Part shown: piece by piece, positions 57,431 through 64,000 of the stretch
Numbering within the stretch: the first letter of the stretch is position 1
Layout: each line of letters opens with the position of its first letter
Virus record (IMG/VR): IMGVR_UViG_3300007775_000157
Coordinates: 13,510-77,509 of that record
DNA: 64,000 nt
Reading direction: 5' to 3' (one strand)
From: a virus
The notes under the pieces: model-generated
Databases searched by the model: none
What the model was told of the DNA's origin: nothing
Seen by the model: only the letters and a program-made list of their open reading frames with translations
Made by a program: the position numbers and the translations under genes

Positions 57431-57767
57431 CGTTTTTCATTCCTTTGTTTCTTTTAAGGTTAAATGCAACTGCCATTTTTTCTTTTGACTTAGGTTTGAT
57501 ATCGTTAATGATTATTCTTTGTCCTCTTGGTAAATTCATAATTAATTGATTATAGAACAAGCCAAATTTACACAATTCTTTTTCTGTAAAATTTCTTAGA
57601 CTTTCTGGTCTTCCAGTCGTTAGAATTATTGTGTATCCTTGATTGTGCCATTCGTAGAACTTTTCTTGGACTCCAGGTAATATGCTTGCCTCTTCTGACA
57701 TTATTTGTTTTATATTTCCATAATGATAAAAAACGCACCCATCTATATCACAGAATATTGTTTTCAT
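57420..57767 (-). CDS. HAD-family phosphatase
   Basis: IFCDIDG, TTGR and IND. Confidence 0.8.
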   Translation of the reverse strand: MKTIFCDIDGCVFYHYGNIKQIMSEEASILPGVQEKFYEWHNQGYTIILTTGRPESLRNFTEKELCKFGLFYNQLIMNLPRGQRIIINDIKPKSKEKMAVAFNLKRNKGMKNVDI

Positions 57768-57780
57768 GTGTGTCGCATGG

Positions 57781-60126
57781 TTAATCTTCTCCATCCAAAA
57801 CTCCTTCATCTATTTCAAGTATAGCTTCTTTGCCGTTTATCAAATCTTCTGCTGTCATGATTTTATCAAGAGCCACTACCCCTAAGAAATCGAACTTAAC
57901 AGCGCCAACACTTTCAGCGCTTCCCATTTCTAAACCAACTACTCTACTCTTGCTTTTTGGATCATAGACCAATGGGGATAATTCCTCTATAGGTCTGTCG
58001 GCTATTACTATTCCAGCGGCGTGTTTTGATTGGGATTTTTTTGTTCCTTCTATTCTCATTGCTTGATCGAATAATGGTTTATACCATTTATATGCGTTTT
58101 GGACTTGTTCCACGTTGTGAATCGCCCATTGTAAGATACCATAGTCATCTCCATGATCTTCTCTGGCTCCGTTTAATTCGTCGGCGATAGATGCTTCGTC
58201 TGGTATGTATTTAGTTATTTCGTTACACAAATCATGGGGTGTAATATTAATCTCTTGTGTGTCTTTGCCTTCCTTTAAGGCCTTTACTTTCATTAAATGC
58301 TGTACTGTCCCGGGCTGAGTCCTGAACACTTCTTTTAACGCAGCCTTCCCTTGCAATCTGCCGAAAGTTATCATCTGAGCAACGTACTGACTCCCCCATC
58401 TTTCTTTGAGATATGAAATGACCTTTTCTCTGAATAGAACTCCTATGTCCGTATCAATATCAGGCAAGCTTATATGTCCGTCATGTGTGATAACATCTTT
58501 GTTTTCTATCAATTCGTTTCTACCAGCCAGAGTTATTCCCAGCCCGAATGCCAAATGAGAATTGGATTTATTTTCTGCTGGCTTCGCTTTTATCATATCA
58601 TTAAGATACATCCACATCTTGGGATTATTTTTATCTATCCATTCTACTTCTTGTCTCATTTTTGTGGTAAATTTTATGTTATTATTTTGTATCCTTCTGG
58701 CAAGGTGTTTGCTGACCGTTTTTCTTTCCTCTCCTATGTCTCTGGTGTGAAACAATTCAAAATTTTCAGACATCCACGACATAAAATCTGTCTGTCCAAC
58801 ATTGAAATGCGGAGGAACATTTCTGCTCATATTGTAAAATCGTTCAAAAAACAGTCCATATTCTAGAGGATCAATCCCGGTAATACCCGTCAAAAAGTTG
58901 ACAAGAGAACCAGCGCCAGACCCTCTGCCATGGCCTCTTGGTCCTTTGTGTTTATCCACGAAATTGCATACATCCCAAACAATTAAAAAATAGTCAGCAA
59001 GACCGGCCTCATTGATAACGATCAACTCCTTTTGTAGTCTTTCCCAATATTCTTGCTTCATTTTTGGACTAAGGTGTTGTAGTTTTTTCTTTGCTCCTTC
59101 GATACATAGATATTTCAAATAATCACGAGAATTCATTTTAAGTTTTTCAGATTCTTCATTCGTGAATTTTGGAAGATAAGGATTATGCCCTATAGAAGAA
59201 TAATGTATTTGATCCGCTATGTCTACGGAAGCCTGTAATTCTTCTGGAGTGAATTTTTCTAGCATTTCTTCATATGTCGGTATATAGTAGTTGTCTGAGA
59301 CAAAAAAGTCCATACCGTCAAAGCCATCCATCCTTTTCTTGTCTTGCTCTTCTTTCGTTGTGTGTAATTGAGCACACAGTAAAATTCTTTGATCTTCTGC
59401 ATCTTCTTTCCTGGCGTAATGAGCGTCTATCGTAGCTACGGTTGTTATCCCCAATTCTTTACCGAGTTCTCTTAAGCAGTCTGTAACCACACTTTGAATA
59501 TCCATTCCCTCTTCTTGTATCTCTAAATAATAATTCTCTCTGCCGAAAATACTTATATGTTGTTCGATTATAGATTTTGCAACTTCTTTCCAATTTGGCT
59601 TAAGATAGGCCCTTACCTGTTCTTTATGTGTTCCATGTTGACTTACTTGAGCGGCTTCTTTAAAATCTGTAAAAAGATTTACTGGTAATTGACCTCCGAT
59701 ACAGGCAGAAAGACAAATCAAATTACCGTTTTTTGCAAACGGTCTGATGCCTTCTAAGTGTATTCTTGGCTTTGTATAAAAATAATCTGGTCTGTTCGTC
59801 TCACTTATCAATCCCATCAGGTCTTTTATACCATCATCGTTTTTAGCCAATACTATAAGGTGGTATCTTTTTCTGTTTGTTGTCTTTTTTATAGACGCAT
59901 CTTCTTCGCATATATATAATTCAACTCCAATGATTGGTTTGATGCCGTCCTTTTTCGCTGTATCGTAAAAAATTTTCATACCAGCTATATTCCCATGATC
60001 AGTAAGAGCGCATCCCGGCAGACCTATGTCTACGCATCTGTCTACGATATCTTTTGGAGAAGATAATCCGTCTAATAACGAATAGTAACTATGGCAATGT
60101 AATGGTACGTACGATTTTTTACTCAT
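57781..60126 (-). CDS. dnaE: DNA polymerase III alpha, N-terminal half (PHP plus palm/thumb)
   Basis: LHCHS.YSLLDG, ALTDHG, GRGSGAGSLV, PDIDTD, HAAG and KFDFLG. Confidence 0.93.
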   Translation of the reverse strand: MSKKSYVPLHCHSYYSLLDGLSSPKDIVDRCVDIGLPGCALTDHGNIAGMKIFYDTAKKDGIKPIIGVELYICEEDASIKKTTNRKRYHLIVLAKNDDGIKDLMGLISETNRPDYFYTKPRIHLEGIRPFAKNGNLICLSACIGGQLPVNLFTDFKEAAQVSQHGTHKEQVRAYLKPNWKEVAKSIIEQHISIFGRENYYLEIQEEGMDIQSVVTDCLRELGKELGITTVATIDAHYARKEDAEDQRILLCAQLHTTKEEQDKKRMDGFDGMDFFVSDNYYIPTYEEMLEKFTPEELQASVDIADQIHYSSIGHNPYLPKFTNEESEKLKMNSRDYLKYLCIEGAKKKLQHLSPKMKQEYWERLQKELIVINEAGLADYFLIVWDVCNFVDKHKGPRGHGRGSGAGSLVNFLTGITGIDPLEYGLFFERFYNMSRNVPPHFNVGQTDFMSWMSENFELFHTRDIGEERKTVSKHLARRIQNNNIKFTTKMRQEVEWIDKNNPKMWMYLNDMIKAKPAENKSNSHLAFGLGITLAGRNELIENKDVITHDGHISLPDIDTDIGVLFREKVISYLKERWGSQYVAQMITFGRLQGKAALKEVFRTQPGTVQHLMKVKALKEGKDTQEINITPHDLCNEITKYIPDEASIADELNGAREDHGDDYGILQWAIHNVEQVQNAYKWYKPLFDQAMRIEGTKKSQSKHAAGIVIADRPIEELSPLVYDPKSKSRVVGLEMGSAESVGAVKFDFLGVVALDKIMTAEDLINGKEAILEIDEGVLDGED

Positions 60127-60691
60127 GGATTTCGCCTTTCTTGGCTTTGCTTATTCTTTTATGTTCCAGTAGTAGTTCGAGATATCTATCATGATCTTCA
60201 TTCTTTATGTCTCCGAATATATTTTCAACTACAGAAGGAGGATACCCATACGTAGCGTGCAAGACGAACAAATCATTAGGTGTCGGGTGTGTTCTCTTGA
60301 CTTTATTCATATATTTGCAGATATTCCTTTGTGATTCCTTCAACATCTTTAAACACATTTCTTCTTCTTCCCTCAGAGCATTGGAAACAAAGATAGTATT
60401 ACTTATTGCTTCTCTCTCATCCGTTGATATAGCTACAAAAATACGTCTATCTGATTCGTTGGTCGTGATAAGCCACTTTCTTCCATTCGGATAGCAATGC
60501 AATATGTCGGCCAAACACTTTTCTCCATTTTTGTTTTTGTGTACTGCCCTTGAGGCTGTGTGGTCCTGGCCTCCACACGGACATAAGTACATATTCCAGT
60601 AGTTGTTTTCTCTAACAAAGACAAGTGTTTTAGGGTCTATAATCCCCGAAAAACTCTTTGTGTAAATTTTGATGGTTTCTGTGTCATTCAT
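60119..60691 (-). CDS. Protein with C-terminal alanyl-tRNA synthetase-like helical fragment
   Basis: LREEEE...LFVLHATYGYP...LLEHKRISK resembles AlaRS EEE.F...AFKLYDTYGFP...MEEQRERSR. Confidence 0.6.
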   Translation of the reverse strand: MNDTETIKIYTKSFSGIIDPKTLVFVRENNYWNMYLCPCGGQDHTASRAVHKNKNGEKCLADILHCYPNGRKWLITTNESDRRIFVAISTDEREAISNTIFVSNALREEEEMCLKMLKESQRNICKYMNKVKRTHPTPNDLFVLHATYGYPPSVVENIFGDIKNEDHDRYLELLLEHKRISKAKKGEIHE

Positions 60692-61622
60692 CTATTGACT
60701 GCTCCATCAAATCTTTGCCATCACCCTTGTACTTTTCTGACACATAGGCTCCACCCATGGTGTGTAAATCTCCCCAAATTTTTGAACACTTATCTTCTTT
60801 ATTGAATCTACACATTTTACATTTCCAAGACCTGTTTCTTCTCAAAAGAGTGTCGCCTTTTACTGTCATTAAAAATCTATGAAGATATTCTATGGTGTTT
60901 AAAACGTCATCATGAGACAGAGCTATAGTTACCGGCCCGCCATCTCCTGTATAATAAAATGTAAGTATAACATTTTTATATTGTGGATACAACAAATAAG
61001 ATGCTAGATGATATATTCTAGGTTGTATCTCTCTTGACAGAACCTCTTCATCTATTTCTTTTTGTGTATAGAAACTTTTCCTTACACCCGTTTTCCAATC
61101 AATTATTTCTATAGTATCTTTATCTACTTTGTGAACCAAATCTATAAAACCACGCGCAGCAAATTGCTCAGGCTCATCGTTTTCGTTTTTCACTTCCCAT
61201 TCTTTTCCTGGCATTTCTAATCTGAACCACTTTTCACTGTCTATTATATCTAAATTATACGGATTATAGTGTTCGTTGGCCAAGATTTCTTCAATAGCTA
61301 ATCTACATTTTTTGAAATCTGCTGCTTCTTTGAATTCTCCCGTTTCTTTATCTATCCTTGTAGTCACCTTTCTTATTGATATGTTTTCATTTTTTTGCAC
61401 TTGTTCATCCCATGCCCTGTCCAACAACCACATAGGATCAACATTAGTCTTACCTCTTTTTTTGAGTTTTGCCATCCAATCTATTGTTTGGTGAACAATA
61501 GTTCCTTGAAGAGCGGCTTTCCCCGAGTCTGATTTCTGATTCAGTATGTATTGCAGATAATATGCAAATGGACAATGTTTATACATACTAATTGAACTTG
61601 CGCTACATCTAGATATATTCAT
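60684..61622 (-). CDS. Cas4/RecB-like PD-(D/E)xK exonuclease
   Basis: CP..Y, G..VH, GFIDLV, IIDWKTG, Q..IY and C-terminal CKMC..C. Confidence 0.85.
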   Translation of the reverse strand: MNISRCSASSISMYKHCPFAYYLQYILNQKSDSGKAALQGTIVHQTIDWMAKLKKRGKTNVDPMWLLDRAWDEQVQKNENISIRKVTTRIDKETGEFKEAADFKKCRLAIEEILANEHYNPYNLDIIDSEKWFRLEMPGKEWEVKNENDEPEQFAARGFIDLVHKVDKDTIEIIDWKTGVRKSFYTQKEIDEEVLSREIQPRIYHLASYLLYPQYKNVILTFYYTGDGGPVTIALSHDDVLNTIEYLHRFLMTVKGDTLLRRNRSWKCKMCRFNKEDKCSKIWGDLHTMGGAYVSEKYKGDGKDLMEQSIDE

Positions 61623-61624
61623 TT

Positions 61625-62074
61625 TTATTCCAAATTAGATTGTTCTGTGACCTTTTGGGATTCTGTATGTCTTGGTGGTCCGTCTGGAAATATATTTTGT
61701 AGATGTTTCACTTTACCTTCCATTGTTGTCAGAAGTTCTGAGACAGGACATGATGGCGGTCTGTCGTCGCTTATTTTGTTACATTGGATCGCGTCTATCA
61801 GAACAGCTATACAAGCTAAAGCGCTAGCTAGATGAGGAACTTTTGTATGTTGGTCTTCTTCTTCCCCATTAAACCATTTTTCCAGATGTCTATTTGCGGC
61901 CGCATAATATACAGAAGCCTTAACACCTCTATCCCTGTAGTTATATCCACCGTATTTCAAATCCCCTTCTGTCATAGCTAATGCGCCAAAAATTCTTGCT
62001 GTCGCCGGGAAAAGACTTAAGTCTATCCTGGACGTTGCCATTCTATCTTTTGGGTTGGTGTCTTTCCTGTCCAT
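61625..62074 (-). CDS. dATP/dGTP diphosphohydrolase domain protein (DUF5664-like)
   Basis: NPKD, G..KYG.YNYR, RHL..W..GE, HLA.A and DDRP. Confidence 0.8.
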   Translation of the reverse strand: MDRKDTNPKDRMATSRIDLSLFPATARIFGALAMTEGDLKYGGYNYRDRGVKASVYYAAANRHLEKWFNGEEEDQHTKVPHLASALACIAVLIDAIQCNKISDDRPPSCPVSELLTTMEGKVKHLQNIFPDGPPRHTESQKVTEQSNLE

Positions 62075-62111
62075 ATTGTTCTCCCTTTGTAAACCAAAAT
62101 TTTATTAATGA

Positions 62112-63251
62112 CTAATTAGACAAAACTTCTTCTCTCGACGACACATTCAGTATCGGCAATATTTGTTTGTAAATATCTTCTGGCAACATATCTCCAACAT
62201 CTTTGCCGTCTTTCAGGTTTACACAAAATACTCTAAAATAATTGTTCAAATCTTTTTGGAGCAGTTGTGTCGCAGCTTGTCCAGCTTTGTCTCCGTCAAA
62301 AGTACACACGACCGTTAGAGCCCCCGCATTCTGCAACATCATTCTTTGATGTCTAGAAATACTGGTGCCTAAAAGGGCAACACTATTTTTAATCCCAGCG
62401 GTTTCATACGCCCAAACGTCTCCAGGCCCTTCACACAGTATTGCTGTTCCTGTTTTATTCATAAAGTGTTTAGCAAACCATATGTTATATAGAGACGTTT
62501 CTCCATGAAAACCTGTAGTATGTTTCCATTTAGCATAAAGACTTCTGTATTTTTTATCTGGACATTCTTTTCTCTCTGGATGATGATACATAGAACAATT
62601 TACGCACTTATCATATATACTTCTGCCAGACCAACCAACAACAATTTTACCAGTGACATCCAAGACAGGGAAAAAAGCCCTTTTATACATTGGTTTTCCC
62701 TTCGTGTCACAGAACGATATATGATATTTATCTAAGATGTCTTCGGGTACACCTCTATTTGGATAGTATATAGTGTCCTTTTGCAATAAATGTATGACAT
62801 CAGTCAATAGAATACCTTCTGAACTTGGTATAGGCTTTTTATTTTTCTTATGCTCTTTAATAATTTTGGCTATAGCGACGTCTTGTGCATCCATTTGAGA
62901 ATTTTCCCACCCTTTGAGACCAAGTGCTTGTATAATAAATACTACAGATTGTCTAAAAGTCCATGGTTTTTCTGTTTTCCTAGACATCGTACCTCTAACT
63001 AGGCCAAAGACACTATTGGACGGTCCTGTTTTTGGGTCTTTATGACAACCTCTTGTCTTACATTGCCAATGACTAGACCTGATAGCCCAGAATAAACCTC
63101 TGTCATTATTGCCATCATGAACAGGACAAGCTGATTGTATGTAATCATATCTTTCTGTATATTCTATACCAAGAGCATCAAAAATTTCTGTTATTCTCTC
63201 ACACGCTCTTTTTTGTATAAAATCTATTTCTGCTTTTTCAAACTGTTTCAC
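62112..63251 (-). CDS. dnaG: DNA primase
   Basis: Zn-finger CPVH...C..RGC; TOPRIM motifs CEGPGD and FDGDKAG. Confidence 0.9.
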   Translation of the reverse strand: MKQFEKAEIDFIQKRACERITEIFDALGIEYTERYDYIQSACPVHDGNNDRGLFWAIRSSHWQCKTRGCHKDPKTGPSNSVFGLVRGTMSRKTEKPWTFRQSVVFIIQALGLKGWENSQMDAQDVAIAKIIKEHKKNKKPIPSSEGILLTDVIHLLQKDTIYYPNRGVPEDILDKYHISFCDTKGKPMYKRAFFPVLDVTGKIVVGWSGRSIYDKCVNCSMYHHPERKECPDKKYRSLYAKWKHTTGFHGETSLYNIWFAKHFMNKTGTAILCEGPGDVWAYETAGIKNSVALLGTSISRHQRMMLQNAGALTVVCTFDGDKAGQAATQLLQKDLNNYFRVFCVNLKDGKDVGDMLPEDIYKQILPILNVSSREEVLSN

Positions 63252-64000
63252 TCTGTGTATTCCCCAGTATCGATTGAGAAACTAATGAAAATGGTTTTCC
63301 TTCTTTTAATTTAGCCTGCTCAAGCCTATTTAATACATTGATATAATCTCCGTTCTGCATTCCAGGCCCATATCTTGTATCTGTGACAAGAAGCTTCTTC
63401 GTTCCATTAGATGGTGGGTCTTCGTTTAGTTCTGTTTGAGATTTTTGTTTAAGAATTGTAAAATTAGAACATAGCCAACCTATTCTGTCTGAGCCAGATA
63501 TTACTTCTGCCCCCTCTTTTTCAACTCCGTCTCTGTTTAATTGAACAGTAGCTAGTATCGGCAGCTTAAATTTTACTGCAAAATTATGTAAGGCGGTAAT
63601 CAAAAATCCTAACAACTGATATTCTTGTAGATTTTGTTTAAAGCCTGCACTATCCATAAGCTTGAGATAATCATATATGATCAAACATGGTTTAGCAGAC
63701 CCGCTCGAAGTAAATCCAACAGTTTTTGATAACCATCTTCTAGCTACCGACATAATCGCTTGAGGATTCATCCCCGCTACGGAAAAATGATCTATCGGTA
63801 GATTCTCTATAATTTCTTGACACGCCCATACCGCATCAGATTCGTTTGGATTATTTTGAAACTTACCAGTTTCTATTGTTAACAAATCGACGCCAGACAC
63901 TAAAGACGTGAGTCTGTGAAGTTGTGTTTCCCCTGTTAATTCTGTATCTAGATATAGAACGGGGATATCATTGCTTGCAACATTAAAAGCTACATTTAAA
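63238..64000 (-). CDS. dnaB: Replicative DNA helicase, 5'-truncated by the window edge
   Basis: VLYLDTE (upstream of the listed Met), IIYDYLKL, VQLNR and RYGP. Confidence 0.88.
   Translation of the reverse strand, partial: LNVAFNVASNDIPVLYLDTELTGETQLHRLTSLVSGVDLLTIETGKFQNNPNESDAVWACQEIIENLPIDHFSVAGMNPQAIMSVARRWLSKTVGFTSSGSAKPCLIIYDYLKLMDSAGFKQNLQEYQLLGFLITALHNFAVKFKLPILATVQLNRDGVEKEGAEVISGSDRIGWLCSNFTILKQKSQTELNEDPPSNGTKKLLVTDTRYGPGMQNGDYINVLNRLEQAKLKEGKPFSLVSQSILGNTQSETV

Noticed and set aside
60684-61622. Cas4-like nuclease as evidence of a CRISPR-Cas system
   Set aside because: No array or other cas genes were seen; solo Cas4-like nucleases are common in phage replication modules.
500-62735. 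Numerous 60-160 aa antisense or nested ORFs in the ORF track
   Set aside because: They are shadows of longer genes with recognisable motifs and have no independent RBS or motif support. ORF 18801-18983 overlaps two tRNAs.
1-64000. Stop-codon reassignment (alternative genetic code)
   Set aside because: Code 11 gives dense, full-length genes ending in TAA, TAG and TGA, and no suppressor tRNA is evident.

Overview
This window is a 64 kb segment of a large tailed dsDNA phage (Caudoviricetes), AT-rich and read in standard code 11; the host cannot be determined from the sequence. The plus strand (1-38360) carries a virion/tail module: Ser-Gly-rich fibre-like proteins, neck and terminator candidates, a tail tube, paralogous chaperone candidates, a tape measure protein and tail-tip proteins. 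This module is interrupted at about 10.3-21.5 kb by an accessory island with two RNA ligases, a cyclic-phosphate receiver domain, a ribosome recycling factor, four tRNAs, a tRNA-like RNA with a 37-nt anticodon-loop region, a candidate sRNA and many small ORFs. The minus strand (38357-64000) carries replication genes: DnaB, DnaG, a Cas4-like nuclease, a DnaE polymerase split into two genes 8.5 kb apart, SSB, a sigma-like factor, an annealase-like protein and a Whirly-like protein. These are interleaved with about 16 glycosyltransferase, methyltransferase and nucleotide-sugar genes. The best candidates for undescribed biology are: (1) a virion glycosylation system with its own sugar pathway and a possible Ser-Gly sequon; (2) the tRNA-like RNA within an RNA-repair island; (3) a C-terminal DNLRSVFG tag shared by two unrelated proteins; (4) stand-alone AlaRS-like and capsid-like fragments. 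All protein calls come from motif recognition by eye, not from database searches.
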